From NCBI GenBank assembly GCA_026129525.1, contig JAHCHW010000003.1, forward strand, positions 20,764 through 84,763: a stretch of DNA of 64,000 nt, given 5' to 3'. The translations under genes were made by a program, and so were the position numbers. The DNA is from Chitinophagales bacterium. GTDB lineage: Bacteria > Bacteroidota > Bacteroidia > Chitinophagales > LD1. Under the pieces are notes generated by a model. It searched no databases and was not told the DNA's origin. It saw only the letters and a list, made by a program, of their open reading frames with translations. Positions 1-10,339 of this stretch are shown here, in pieces. Within the stretch, counting starts at the first letter, position 1. Each line of letters opens with the position of its first letter.

Positions 1-362
1 TATCGCAATCCGGTCACTTGCCAGTATCCCCTTCTTGTTTATAAGCCAGCTGTACAAAGTATCCCGGTTATGATGATAAAACAGCAAAGCTCCGGTACTA
101 TCCGGCAAACCGTAGTAGTAGTCAGTCATAGCTGATTGAAGCGTATGAAGACCAATTTCAGTTGAATGATACCAGCTAAATCCCCGCTCGCTCATTAACG
201 CACGAAACCGAAGTTGAAAGGTTCCTAATTGGGAGTTGAGCAATTGCTCTTGCCCGATACATACATTGTAACCGGTAATCAGTATCAGGACAAACACAAT
301 GCGTTTCATCGCTACTAAATAACAGATTTAATTGGTTTATTGCGCTGCCTTTTGCATCCACT

Positions 363-1082
363 ATGAAACCGCATATCGAAATTCTGTTTGAAGATGAACA
401 CTTGCTTTTGGCAAATAAACCGAGCGGTTATACGGTAATCCCCGACAGGTTCGGCAAGTATGCATCGTTGCAGAAAACTTTAGAGAAGAAGTACGGAAAA
501 CTTTTTGTGGTGCACCGTATTGACCGCGAAACAAGCGGTATTGTGTGCTTTGCAAAAAACGATGTGGCTCATCGGCACCTTGCGCTGCAATTTCAAAATC
601 ACGAAGTGCAGAAATTTTACAAGGTAGTAGTGAAAGGGCACCTGCCGTTTAAGGAAGGAGTCATCGAATCGCCCATTGTAGAAAACCCCGCCAAGCCCGG
701 CACCATGATGATTGCCAAGCGAGGCAAAGAAGCTATAACCATTTGCAGAGTAGAAGAAGAGTTTAAACAAGCAACCTTGGTGAGTGCCAAAATTAAAACC
801 GGACGCACCCACCAAATTCGCGTTCACCTTTCGGCTTTGGGCAATCCGCTGCTGGTGGATGAAATTTATGCGAACACTCCCGCATTTTATTTTTCATCCT
901 TAAAACGCAACTACAAACCATCGGGCGAAGAAGAGCGCCCTACCATTGCCCGCTTAACCTTACATGCTTATTCTTTAAAACTGAAGCATCCGATAACAGG
1001 CAATGAAATGGAGTTTACCGCGCCATTGCCCAAGGATTTGGAAACACTGTTGAAGTTGTTGCGGAAGTACGATAAAAAATAA
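363..1082 (+). CDS. RluA-family pseudouridine synthase
   Basis: 239-aa ORF with the HRIDRETSG catalytic-Asp motif and GRTHQIRVH motif typical of RluA/RsuA-type pseudouridine synthases. Confidence 0.9.
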   Translation: MKPHIEILFEDEHLLLANKPSGYTVIPDRFGKYASLQKTLEKKYGKLFVVHRIDRETSGIVCFAKNDVAHRHLALQFQNHEVQKFYKVVVKGHLPFKEGVIESPIVENPAKPGTMMIAKRGKEAITICRVEEEFKQATLVSAKIKTGRTHQIRVHLSALGNPLLVDEIYANTPAFYFSSLKRNYKPSGEEERPTIARLTLHAYSLKLKHPITGNEMEFTAPLPKDLETLLKLLRKYDKK

Positions 1083-1112
1083 ACCGAAGCTGTGTTGGGC
1101 ACAACTTCGGTT
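1082..1112. terminator. Hairpin between convergent genes (possible bidirectional terminator)
   Basis: ACCGAAG...CTTCGGT stem with an inner GTG/CAC pairing, directly after the stop at 1082. The + side continues ttattt. Confidence 0.5.
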
Positions 1113-1142
1113 ATTTAAGAGGGAAGTTTTTGCCTGAAAAAA

Positions 1143-1526
1143 TTAAAGCGTTTTGGCAAGAAAGCCGTTAAACTCAAAACGGGTGTCGGCAATGCTGTGG
1201 GCAAAGTCTTTCATGCGAGCTAAAAGTTTATCGCTTACACTGGTAAAGCGCTCATCAATATGCTCGGGGCGCGTTTTGGCTAATTCGGTTAATTGTTCGT
1301 TGCGCTGGTTTACATCGTGCTTCAGTATATCCAATTGCTCGCGAAGCATGATAAACTTGTTTTGAAAATGCTCAACGTTCGAAAGGATTTCCTTGTCTGT
1401 ATTTTTGGAAACTACTTCTTCCAACCGCGAAGTGAGGATTGCCAGTTCTTCCTTGTAAAATTCGAGTTCGCGAAGCCAGTCGGCTCCCTGATGATGCAAG
1501 TTGTTGATAGATGTTTTTGTTGTCAT
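1143..1526 (-). CDS. Hypothetical coiled-coil protein
   Basis: 127-aa ORF with heptad-like, charged helical sequence. No motif recognised. Confidence 0.5.
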   Translation of the reverse strand: MTTKTSINNLHHQGADWLRELEFYKEELAILTSRLEEVVSKNTDKEILSNVEHFQNKFIMLREQLDILKHDVNQRNEQLTELAKTRPEHIDERFTSVSDKLLARMKDFAHSIADTRFEFNGFLAKTL

Positions 1527-1543
1527 GATGTTTGATTTTATGG

Positions 1544-2293
1544 TTAACTAAATGATTGTGCATTTACAAACGGAATAGCGCTGCGTATGAGCATTACTAT
1601 GCCTATTATCAGAATTAAACTCAACACTATTTTTCTGAAACTTTCCTGATTAATTCGCCCCAACAACAACTTTCCTATGTAAGAGCCAACTACCGATACT
1701 ACAACAAGCATAGGAATGAGGTAGTAATTTTCTTTGGTAATAAAACCGCTTTTTACATAAATAATGCTGCGGCTCAAATCAACTCCCATATCAATGGCTG
1801 CCGATGTGCCTACAAACAAATTTTTCTCGAGGTTGTAAGCAGCTAAACTCAATCCTCTTATGGCTCCGCCTGTCCCTATGTAACCGGCAAGTAATCCCGC
1901 AACACTTCCACCTAAAACACTGCTTTGTGCGTTAGCTCTTACTTTCAAATCGGGGAAAGCCAATAGGATTGAACTGAAAACAATCAGAAAAACAGCGAGA
2001 ATTATTTGGTCGAACCGGAACGACATTTTTGTTGCAAGCCAAGCCCCGAGTATTACAAACAATATGCTCGGAATACCGAATAACAACGTTAGCCTCAGGT
2101 CAATGGTTTTGCGAAATAAAATGAGCTTAACCAAGTTGCTGAAAACATGAAATACTGCCGTAATACCGAGTACAGTTTTCATATCAAAGAAAAACTGCGC
2201 CACCGGAACAAAGAACAAAGAAGAGCCGAATCCGCCCACTGTTCCAATAATCTCTGCCACTATGGCAAGTAAAACAAACAGGGCTATCAGCAT
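1544..2293 (-). CDS. TauE/SafE-family sulfite/anion exporter membrane protein
   Basis: 249 aa, multi-pass and hydrophobic, with Gly-rich GGFGSS and GTGGAIRG segments as in TauE/SafE (DUF81). Confidence 0.8.
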   Translation of the reverse strand: MLIALFVLLAIVAEIIGTVGGFGSSLFFVPVAQFFFDMKTVLGITAVFHVFSNLVKLILFRKTIDLRLTLLFGIPSILFVILGAWLATKMSFRFDQIILAVFLIVFSSILLAFPDLKVRANAQSSVLGGSVAGLLAGYIGTGGAIRGLSLAAYNLEKNLFVGTSAAIDMGVDLSRSIIYVKSGFITKENYYLIPMLVVVSVVGSYIGKLLLGRINQESFRKIVLSLILIIGIVMLIRSAIPFVNAQSFS

Positions 2294-2336
2294 ACCGGGA
2301 TAGTTCAGAAATTAGTCAAAGAACATTGACGCACAT

Positions 2337-3173
2337 TTACTGATGTGCAATAAAAACCGGAGCATTCACTTCTTTAATCACCCGGTTTGAAATGCTCTGA
2401 TGTAACCAACGCGAAATGGCGTTTCTGCCATAAGCACCCATAACCACAATAGAGTTGCCGGCTCTTTCTTTTAGATATTTCAGCAACTCTTCTTCGGGAT
2501 TGCCATGTAATACTTCATATTCCAAATTGATAAAGCGCGTTTGCAAAAGGTCTTTAAAATTCCAGCCGTCTTTAAGATGATTGCCCGATTTCTCATTTAC
2601 GCTTACAACCGTTGTTTTCATGTCGTTGAGTTCGGGAAACAGATAGCTGAACATTTTAGTTGCATATACGCTCGAAGGAGAACCATCGTAACAAATAGTG
2701 GCGTTATCGAAATAGGTGTACTGATGCGGAACAATAAGCACGGGGCAGTGCGAGTCCACCAATAAATCTTTCAAAAACGGATTGGGAGCACTGTCGCCCA
2801 ATGAAAAGAAACTGGTATGCGAATCCACCACTACCAAATCGGCAAAGGCGCTTTCGCGAAGCACTTCCTGCAAGGGAACGCCTTTATCTAAATGCACTTT
2901 GTGTTTTACGCCTTTGTTGTTGCAGGCAGTATGAAACAACTTAATGTTCAAATCAATTTTTTCGCGCTCTTCGTTTTGCGTATTTTCTATGCTTGCAAAA
3001 TCAATAAAGGGCTGGTCCCATGCGTAGGCGTACGTAAAATTGAGGTAGCGCATATCCTGAATAAAAATGCCTACCAGCATAGAGTTAGTGGCTTTGGCTA
3101 TTTCAATAGCATACTTCGATGCTCCTTCAGAATACTTAGTGCCGTCAAACACCGCTAAAATTTTATTGCTCAT
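2337..3173 (-). CDS. Universal stress protein (tandem Usp domains)
   Basis: 278 aa with two Usp-like halves. The C-terminal VVMGAYGRNAISRWLHQSISNRVIKEVNAPVFIAH matches the Usp ATP-binding tail pattern. Confidence 0.8.
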   Translation of the reverse strand: MSNKILAVFDGTKYSEGASKYAIEIAKATNSMLVGIFIQDMRYLNFTYAYAWDQPFIDFASIENTQNEEREKIDLNIKLFHTACNNKGVKHKVHLDKGVPLQEVLRESAFADLVVVDSHTSFFSLGDSAPNPFLKDLLVDSHCPVLIVPHQYTYFDNATICYDGSPSSVYATKMFSYLFPELNDMKTTVVSVNEKSGNHLKDGWNFKDLLQTRFINLEYEVLHGNPEEELLKYLKERAGNSIVVMGAYGRNAISRWLHQSISNRVIKEVNAPVFIAHQ

Positions 3174-3366
3174 ATCGCTGCTTGGTTTAAAACTTTGAAA
3201 TTAAGAAACGTCCTGAATTGAAAGGCAAAAGTAAGGTTGTTGTTTCGTAAACGAATGAGCGATGTCAGCCGGTTACATGACAATACTCAAAGCGGAATGC
3301 TATTGGAGTAGAATACTGAAAGTTGTTGCTGTTGAGCAGATAGCGGTAAAAAATACTACTGCCAGG

Positions 3367-4590
3367 TTACAGGTTTAACTTTACTTCGTTCAACTGCGGT
3401 TGCGAGCAGTTGTATTTTGAAAGGTCGTTGCTCTTGTTCTTGCCTTTATTGGCCAAATCCATGTTGCTGAAAGTAATGTTGCCGTTGTTGGTAATGCAAA
3501 TTTTCTGGTCGTCTTTAATACTGCCATCAGTATTTTTGTAGGCAGGGTTTACAAATCCGTCAATAACCACATCAGGCACTTTATCACCAAAAATTACATT
3601 AAACAGTTTGCCGAATGCCACTTCATTATCGGGCTTTCCGGTACCGCGGCTGAACTTGTTATCGCGTATAACAATGCCACCGCTGTAAGGGTCGTAAATA
3701 GAATCTTTAAATGGTTTTGCAAGCGACATATAGCTTACCACAGCAGCACTTATAGAGTTGTGCCCGCTTATTTCGTTGTTGAAAATATCGCAGTAGTTGG
3801 TAGCCATAACTATTATGCCCGTTCCCGCAGGAATCTCAGCAACGGTTGTCCCTTTAACACCAAAGTTTTTTGTGTTGTTGTTTACAATACGGTTGTTGAA
3901 CACACGGCAGCGCATACCGTTTTTCTTGGGCAGGTCGGGTAAATCAAACACAAGCACTCCACCGGTGTTGTTTTCCGAAAGGTTTTCGTACACATCGGCA
4001 TCGGTTGAGTTTTCAATTTCAATACCCGCAACATTATCGTGCACGTGGTTTCTGCGAACGATGATGTTTTTGCTTTGCCCAACATAAATACCAGCATCGG
4101 CTGAACCGTAAACTTCGCAGTCTTCTATAAGCACGTTGGTGCAGCCAACGGGGTAGGTTCCGTAAGAGCCATTTTTGGTGTCGTGCAACGATGTCCATCC
4201 TACTTTCATTCTACGGAAAGTTACATTGGTGGCATCTTGCACTTTAATGCAATCGCCTTTAGCATCCAGCACGCAAAAATCTTCCATTACAATACCATCG
4301 GCAGTTATGCGTAAACCTTCGGCACCGTCTTTCTGCCCTTTAAAACTGAGAATGGTTTTGTCCTTACCCTTTCCTTTTATGGTTACATTTTTCACCCCGT
4401 CTAATATCAACGGGCGCAACAAATTATAAGTTCCTTCGGGCAGTTCAATTACTTCACCTTCTTTGGCATTGATGAATTTTTCCTGCAACTGCTTTTCAAA
4501 ATCAGTATCGGTTGCGGTAGAAGTTTTGTTGTTGCAGGAAGTAAAAAGAATGATTGAGAATAAAACAAGCGAAAGAAGTCTGAAGAGCAT
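3367..4590 (-). CDS. Right-handed parallel beta-helix repeat lipoprotein
   Basis: Repeated N/G/V-rich ~22-aa turns (IEDCEVYG, VRRNHVHDN, VYENLSENN, VFNNRIVNN). Start moved to ATG 4590, which gives a signal peptide ending LFTSC (lipobox). Confidence 0.6.
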   Translation of the reverse strand: MLFRLLSLVLFSIILFTSCNNKTSTATDTDFEKQLQEKFINAKEGEVIELPEGTYNLLRPLILDGVKNVTIKGKGKDKTILSFKGQKDGAEGLRITADGIVMEDFCVLDAKGDCIKVQDATNVTFRRMKVGWTSLHDTKNGSYGTYPVGCTNVLIEDCEVYGSADAGIYVGQSKNIIVRRNHVHDNVAGIEIENSTDADVYENLSENNTGGVLVFDLPDLPKKNGMRCRVFNNRIVNNNTKNFGVKGTTVAEIPAGTGIIVMATNYCDIFNNEISGHNSISAAVVSYMSLAKPFKDSIYDPYSGGIVIRDNKFSRGTGKPDNEVAFGKLFNVIFGDKVPDVVIDGFVNPAYKNTDGSIKDDQKICITNNGNITFSNMDLANKGKNKSNDLSKYNCSQPQLNEVKLNL

Positions 4591-4710
4591 AAGTTGGTTA
4601 TTTTTGTTTGAAGCCGACAAATATAATGGGCTAATTGGTTGAAAAAACCGCAAGTTGATTTAATGAAAAATTAGGTGGGGAGGAGGAACTCAACAGAAGC
4701 GCAAACCAAT

Positions 4711-5064
4711 CTACTTGCCAAGTTTAATGTTTACGTTCTTGGACTTTATTTCCAGTTTCTTTTTGTCAATGGTCATGCCGCCTTTGTCGCCTTCTACCTG
4801 TACACCTTTATTGTTAACAGTAGCTCCGTTGCCCGATGAACTTTTGGCAGCTACTTCGCCCTTTTTGGCTTCAACACCACCACCGCGGCTGTTTTTAATC
4901 TCTGTGCCCGATTTATCTGCCGAAGCCCCTCCGCCTTTGCTGCCACGGGCGGCTGCTTCGCTTTTGTTGAGGGTTACTCCTTTTTCCTGTGCGCTTTGCG
5001 CCACGCAACTTGCAACACCTCCGAATAAGAAGAGAAGAATTACTGTCAAGCGAATAGTTTTCAT
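4711..5064 (-). CDS. Secreted Gly/Lys-rich small protein
   Basis: 117 aa with an N-terminal signal peptide (LLFLFGGVASC) followed by a low-complexity G/K/S region. Preferred over the antisense 4715-5083 ORF. Confidence 0.5.
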   Translation of the reverse strand: MKTIRLTVILLFLFGGVASCVAQSAQEKGVTLNKSEAAARGSKGGGASADKSGTEIKNSRGGGVEAKKGEVAAKSSSGNGATVNNKGVQVEGDKGGMTIDKKKLEIKSKNVNIKLGK

Positions 5065-5214
5065 AATGTTTGTTTTGCGCTAAAGTAGTAAAGGCTTGTG
5101 TAAGATTTGAACCATTCTTAGTAGGTACATATGTTTAACTTTTTGTCTTTCTCCATACAAAAAGTAATTTCGAACAATTGTTTGATAAAGTAACGCCTTA
5201 AACCACACCAAACA

Positions 5215-6771
5215 ATGCCTGAAATTTTAGAAGAGCAGATTTTAACCGGCACTACCAAAACGGGTGCAGAGGTACTTACCATACAACGCTTTATTTTTCT
5301 GTTAAGCGATTTTCACTATCAGGAATTTATTAAGCACTTGCAGGAAGCCGATGCTGCATTACCGCTTAAACTTGCTGAAGCGGTAAAACAAACATTGCCC
5401 GGCTTCGATTCTCATGCAGAGTTGTGTACTAAAGTTTACGGAAGCGCTTCCGATACCGACAAAAAGAAATTTAACCAATTGTCCGTTCATACTTTTAAGC
5501 TATCGCGTTATTTGGTTTGCAATTACCCCGATTACCTATCACATAACATTAATAGGATCGAGCATTGGGTGAACACCGGCAACCCTAAACTTGCTCTGCG
5601 AACAGCTAAGTTTATGTTGGATATTGCCGAGCGCATTGAAGATTTTCGTTCGCAGATTTGGTGCTTGCGTTTTTTGGCTTCCGATGCCATACTCAATAAA
5701 GAAACCCAGGCTTCGGTTAAGTATGGCGAGGAATTGAAAAAGGTATTACATACGGAACTCGTTTATACCGAGTTGCAACAAGATTTGCGTCTCGTGGCTA
5801 TGGACGAAAATAATCCTGCCGATGCAACGGCATACGAAAGCAAAAAGGCATACTACGAATCATTCTTTGAACATACTTCGTCCATTGTACGCGTTACAGC
5901 CATGTATGGCTATGTGAGTTGGGTTTACCACCATAACCCTAAATATTTTAACGACAAACGTGACTTACGGGTATTGAAAGAGTTGGAAGATAAGCTACAG
6001 CAGTTTCCACATTTGGCGTTTCCGTTTATGACCAACATGTATGGAAATACGGCATTTATAAGACTTAATGCAGTGGCTGCTTCCTTAGAGGATAAAGAGC
6101 GGACAAAACTCTACAACGACCTGGAGGATTACTACCGGCAGGTAAAATTTACAAGCGAATATGTGCGCGATGGGCAGTTGTATTTAATAGCCATTGAATG
6201 TTCGAGGTTGGTTTCAACCTACTACCAGCATTTACACCGTAGCGATTACCATACTGTAATAAAACCACAGGACATTAAATCAATAGAGCGAAAAATTAAG
6301 ACCTGTGAAGGGTTGCTTGCCATAGAAGCCGAACGAAAGAGTAATGAGATTTTTTTGGCTAACCTGCGGATGCTTTATGGTGCTTTTTATGTGATGGCCG
6401 GTGGCGAAAAAAATATTCGCAGAGGGATTACTGAACTGGAAACGTTGCTGACCTCGTATCAGCAAATGAGTTTAAAAGCATCAACCGACAGTATTTTTAT
6501 GGTGTTGGCAATAGCCTATTTTGCAGTGGCAGACTATGAAAAATGTTTAGAAGTTTACAAACGGTACACCAAGGTGAAAAAGAATAAAAACATCTACGAA
6601 GGCAACGATGAGAAAATTTACGCCTACTACTACATTGCCCAATGGATTTTAACCGGACGCGAACAATACCGTATAAAGCTCGGAAATGTTATTTACCGTA
6701 ATGGGAAAGAAAATACTACTAAATCCCTATTGCAACTTTTAGATTTGCTGAAAATTGAAGTAACAGAATAA
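5215..6771 (+). CDS. Hypothetical helical-repeat protein, paralog A
   Basis: 518 aa, collinear with the next gene. Shared blocks include LTIQ+F+FLL, LPLKL, DKK+FNQL, STDSIF, YEGND.KIYAYYY. Confidence 0.6.
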   Translation: MPEILEEQILTGTTKTGAEVLTIQRFIFLLSDFHYQEFIKHLQEADAALPLKLAEAVKQTLPGFDSHAELCTKVYGSASDTDKKKFNQLSVHTFKLSRYLVCNYPDYLSHNINRIEHWVNTGNPKLALRTAKFMLDIAERIEDFRSQIWCLRFLASDAILNKETQASVKYGEELKKVLHTELVYTELQQDLRLVAMDENNPADATAYESKKAYYESFFEHTSSIVRVTAMYGYVSWVYHHNPKYFNDKRDLRVLKELEDKLQQFPHLAFPFMTNMYGNTAFIRLNAVAASLEDKERTKLYNDLEDYYRQVKFTSEYVRDGQLYLIAIECSRLVSTYYQHLHRSDYHTVIKPQDIKSIERKIKTCEGLLAIEAERKSNEIFLANLRMLYGAFYVMAGGEKNIRRGITELETLLTSYQQMSLKASTDSIFMVLAIAYFAVADYEKCLEVYKRYTKVKKNKNIYEGNDEKIYAYYYIAQWILTGREQYRIKLGNVIYRNGKENTTKSLLQLLDLLKIEVTE

Positions 6772-6872
6772 TAGCCAACAAGCAGATGAATTTTGCGTCA
6801 TTTTAAGATATAAACTTACATTTAACCGCGGTAAATCCTGACTGCCGCAATTAGCGCAATGCTGAAGATAAC

Positions 6873-8381
6873 ATGAGCAAACAGGCACAGGAAATTCTAA
6901 CTATTCAAAAATTTGTGTTTCTGCTTACAGATGCACACTTTCATTCCTTTTGTAATTTTCTGGAAGTATCAAAAGCTGCACTTCCGTTAAAACTTATTAC
7001 TGCTATCCGAAAACAGCTTCCGGAGTTTCATCCGCCCGATGTGCTTTGTGCAGCGATTTACGGCAGCGCAGAAGAAAGCGACAAAAAGCGCTTCAATCAA
7101 TTAACCTCTCACACTTTTCGTCTTACGGAATATCTGGCGGTAAATTATCCATGTTATCTCCATCCCAATATTACCTTAATGCAGGAACTGGTAAACGAAG
7201 GGAAATGGAAACAGGCAGTTTTTCTGGCTACCACACTCTTAAATATTGCCGACAAGGTAGATGATTTTAAATGCCAACTGCTTTGTTGCAAATTTTTGTC
7301 GGAGAAGGCTTTTTCTGACCGCGATAACACTACCGGCTTTAAATACGATACACGAATAGAAGAAGCGGTAGAAAATGAGCGCATTACCGTACAACTGCAA
7401 TCGCGTACCCGCAGAGCACTGTATGCCGAAAAACGACTGTTACCGGAAGATGTAACTCAACTCAAAAACTTTCTTCGCTCATACAGAGAACACGAGAAAA
7501 CGTCTATTCGTATTTTAAGCTTGTTTTATTACCTGCGGGTAATTTTCTACTACGAAATGCGGATCTTTGAAAGCAACGAAGGATTACGTTTAATTGATGA
7601 TTTGAATAAAGAACTGCAAAACCACCCTTACGCTATTTTACCTTTCATGAGCGATGTAAAAGGCTACTTGCTTTTTATGCAACTGAATTCAGGATTGTAT
7701 GCAATAGACTCTAAGGAAAGAAAGGCGCTCTTTCAGCAGTTGCGAGAACATTATCAGTATAAAAGCGCGGCATCGGGTGCGCTGTCAATAGGTGAGTTAC
7801 ACCTTATGGCGGTGCAAAGCACTCAGTTTCTTTCAAGATACCATCATTTGGTTAACCGGAAGGACTACGAGCAGTTTATGCCGCAGCATAACCGGCAAGA
7901 GCTAAATGAGTTGCTTGATAAACTCAAAGCCTATTTATCGCTTCCTGCTGAGGCGGCTTTGCCCGATTATCAAATTCGCAGTTTGAAAATGCTGCTCGGT
8001 GCCATGCTTATTATATCGGGTGGTAAGCAAATTAAAGAGGGAGTTTCCGAACTTGAATCGTTACTTATCACTTACCAGCAGGTTAATTTAGGTGCTTCCA
8101 CCGATAGCATTTTTCTGGCGCTTATGGTAGGCTATTTTTCAATGGCAGATTACAATAGTTGCGTAACTACGTTTAAGCGATTTGCAAAGGTAAAAACCGG
8201 CAAAGTGGTGTACGAAGGGAATGATCTGAAGATTTATGCCTATTACTATTTGGCACAGTATCTTATTTCGGGTAAAAAGCAGTTTGTTGAAAAAGCCAAA
8301 GAAGTAATTTATAGCGGAGGACGGGAGAATTTACCCGCCTCGGTGCAGGAACTTTACCGGCAGTTTGGGGTGGAATTATAG
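6873..8381 (+). CDS. Hypothetical helical-repeat protein, paralog B
   Basis: 502 aa, tandem paralog of 5215-6771 with the same conserved blocks. Confidence 0.6.
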   Translation: MSKQAQEILTIQKFVFLLTDAHFHSFCNFLEVSKAALPLKLITAIRKQLPEFHPPDVLCAAIYGSAEESDKKRFNQLTSHTFRLTEYLAVNYPCYLHPNITLMQELVNEGKWKQAVFLATTLLNIADKVDDFKCQLLCCKFLSEKAFSDRDNTTGFKYDTRIEEAVENERITVQLQSRTRRALYAEKRLLPEDVTQLKNFLRSYREHEKTSIRILSLFYYLRVIFYYEMRIFESNEGLRLIDDLNKELQNHPYAILPFMSDVKGYLLFMQLNSGLYAIDSKERKALFQQLREHYQYKSAASGALSIGELHLMAVQSTQFLSRYHHLVNRKDYEQFMPQHNRQELNELLDKLKAYLSLPAEAALPDYQIRSLKMLLGAMLIISGGKQIKEGVSELESLLITYQQVNLGASTDSIFLALMVGYFSMADYNSCVTTFKRFAKVKTGKVVYEGNDLKIYAYYYLAQYLISGKKQFVEKAKEVIYSGGRENLPASVQELYRQFGVEL

Positions 8382-8392
8382 TATCTTATTTT

Positions 8393-8418
8393 ACCCGTAA
8401 AACGGGTTCTCTTTTGGT
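8393..8418 (+). terminator. Rho-independent terminator
   Basis: ACCCG-taaaa-CGGGT hairpin followed by tctcttttggttt, 12 nt after the stop at 8381. Confidence 0.6.
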
Positions 8419-8474
8419 TTAGAAAATTCGTTGCTTTGTATTCTCACATTTAATTACGCTGAGTCCTAAAAAGT

Positions 8475-8506
8475 AACCGGAGCGCCCGCTCCGGTTGCTT
8501 TGTTTT
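8475..8506 (+). terminator. Second strong hairpin (terminator-like)
   Basis: Perfect 10-bp stem AACCGGAGCG-cc-CGCTCCGGTT followed by gctttgtttt. Confidence 0.5.
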
Positions 8507-8575
8507 AGAGAAGTTACGAAAGCGGCACGTTTTTTAGTTTCCTTTACATGATAAGTTTGCTTTAAATCCCATTGA

Positions 8576-9793
8576 ATGAGAATTGACCTTTTTGCATTTG
8601 TTATCTTGTGGTTTTGGTTTTGTGCGTGTTCCTGTCAGTCATCCCCTGTTCCGCTAAATACAATTGCTGGAAAATCGGTTACACTGAATAATGAGAAAAT
8701 AGTTTGTGGCGCTGAACGTATGGAGGTATTGCTGCCCTTGCTGAAAGGAAAGCGCGTGGCGCTACTGGTTAACCAAACATCCGTAGTCAATCAAACGCAT
8801 TTAGTAGATACGCTATTGGCGCAAGACATAAACATTAAACGGATTTTTGCTCCCGAGCACGGTTTTCGCGGTGGGGCAGATGCGGGTGAGCATGTTGCCG
8901 ATGGAACCGATAAAAGGACAGGCATTCCGGTTGTTTCTCTTTACGGTAGCAAGAAGAAGCCTTCAGTGGAAGACTTGAAAGATGTGGATGTAGTGCTGTT
9001 CGATATTCAGGATGTTGGAGCGCGGTTTTACACATTTATTTCATCGCTTCAATACCTCATGGAAGCCTGTGCAGAAACCGATAAATTGCTGGTTGTTTTA
9101 GACCGCCCCAATCCCAATGGTTGGTATGTGGACGGTCCGGTTTTAAAAAGAGAGTTTCAATCCTTTGTCGGATTAGCGCCCATACCCGTAGTACACGGGC
9201 TTACGGTGGGCGAGTATGCACAAATGGTAAATGGCGAAAAGTGGCTGCCAAACGGAATGCGGTGCAACTTGACAGTTGTTAAATGCCTCAATTACGACCA
9301 TACAAAACGGTACTCGCTCCCTGTTAAACCTTCACCCAATTTGCCAAACGATGTAGCCATCTACTTGTATCCTTCCATTTGTTTTTTCGAAGGAACTGAT
9401 GTGTCGGTAGCCCGTGGAACCGATTTTCCCTTTCAGGCAATAGGTTCTCCGAACAGTTTACTGAAAGACTTCTCGTTTACACCCGAAAGCAAGCCCGGAG
9501 CTAAATCTCCACCGCATCTCGGCAAAGTTTGTTACGGATTAGATTTACGGACTACGGATATGCAGAAGGAAGGCATTCAACTTAGCTATCTCATTAAAAT
9601 GTTGGCTAACCATAAAGACAAAGCCACCTTCTTTCTTGCCAATAACTTTTTCGATAAACTGGCGGGTAATGCTGAACTCCGCAAGCAACTTTTAGCGGAT
9701 ATGAGCGAAGAACAAATCAAAGCAACATGGCAAAAGGATTTACAAGCATACAAGGAAATGCGGAAGAAGCATTTACTTTACCCCGATTTTTAG
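8576..9793 (+). CDS. DUF1343-family protein (NamZ-like exo-beta-N-acetylmuramidase)
   Basis: 405 aa with LLVNQTS, FAPEHGFRG and DIQDVGARFYTF blocks characteristic of DUF1343, plus an N-terminal signal sequence. Confidence 0.8.
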   Translation: MRIDLFAFVILWFWFCACSCQSSPVPLNTIAGKSVTLNNEKIVCGAERMEVLLPLLKGKRVALLVNQTSVVNQTHLVDTLLAQDINIKRIFAPEHGFRGGADAGEHVADGTDKRTGIPVVSLYGSKKKPSVEDLKDVDVVLFDIQDVGARFYTFISSLQYLMEACAETDKLLVVLDRPNPNGWYVDGPVLKREFQSFVGLAPIPVVHGLTVGEYAQMVNGEKWLPNGMRCNLTVVKCLNYDHTKRYSLPVKPSPNLPNDVAIYLYPSICFFEGTDVSVARGTDFPFQAIGSPNSLLKDFSFTPESKPGAKSPPHLGKVCYGLDLRTTDMQKEGIQLSYLIKMLANHKDKATFFLANNFFDKLAGNAELRKQLLADMSEEQIKATWQKDLQAYKEMRKKHLLYPDF

Positions 9794-9839
9794 GTTACTG
9801 CCTAATGCCAACAACCATTTGTAAAAAAAAACAGGAGTT

Positions 9840-10139
9840 ATGAGTAATGGAACAATCCGCGTAAAAGTATACGACAACTATCATTACATGGACGAAGACG
9901 AGGCATACATACAAGGCTCCTACGATACTTATGAAAGTGCTCTAAATGCAGCAAAAGCAATTGTAGAATCATCACTCAAAGAAAGTTGGAAGCCCGGTAT
10001 GAGCTTTGATGAGTTGCTTGTTAAGTATAAGCATTTTGGCTTAGACCCGGTTATACTCAGCGATATGCAGAACGGTTATCCGGGTTTTTCTGCATGGCAT
10101 TACGCAGAAGAAAGGGCGAAAGAAATTTGCATAGGGTAA
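9840..10139 (+). CDS. Hypothetical small cytoplasmic protein
   Basis: 99-aa ORF with good coding character. No motif recognised. Confidence 0.45.
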   Translation: MSNGTIRVKVYDNYHYMDEDEAYIQGSYDTYESALNAAKAIVESSLKESWKPGMSFDELLVKYKHFGLDPVILSDMQNGYPGFSAWHYAEERAKEICIG

Positions 10140-10183
10140 AATTGGAATGTGGCTGCCATTCTCGTTATTTTTTTGTTCTGCTT

Positions 10184-10202
10184 CCCCCCCCCAAAAAAAA
10201 AA
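10184..10202. repeat. C9-A10 homopolymer tract
   Basis: Nine C residues directly followed by ten A residues, about 140 nt upstream of the receptor gene ATG at 10340. Confidence 0.9.
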
Positions 10203-10339
10203 CAAACACTATCCAATCGTTCAGCGCTTAATACTATCCTAACAGCAGTATTATATTCCTTACGCGCTTTAATCGCTTTCTAATTTAATTACATTTGCCC
10301 CCGTCCAAATTACCCCTTGGGCTAAACACACACGCATAC

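Noticed and set aside
4715-5083. 122-aa + strand ORF overlapping 4711-5064
   Set aside because: It gives a Pro/Leu/Ser-rich translation with no signal or start context. The minus-strand ORF has a clean signal peptide, so it was preferred.
10295-10339. TTG start giving a 15-aa N-terminal extension of the TonB-dependent receptor
   Set aside because: ATG 10340 yields a canonical signal peptide (MQRIFLFLFLSVPVLAFAQ). The extension is Pro/Leu-rich and unnecessary.
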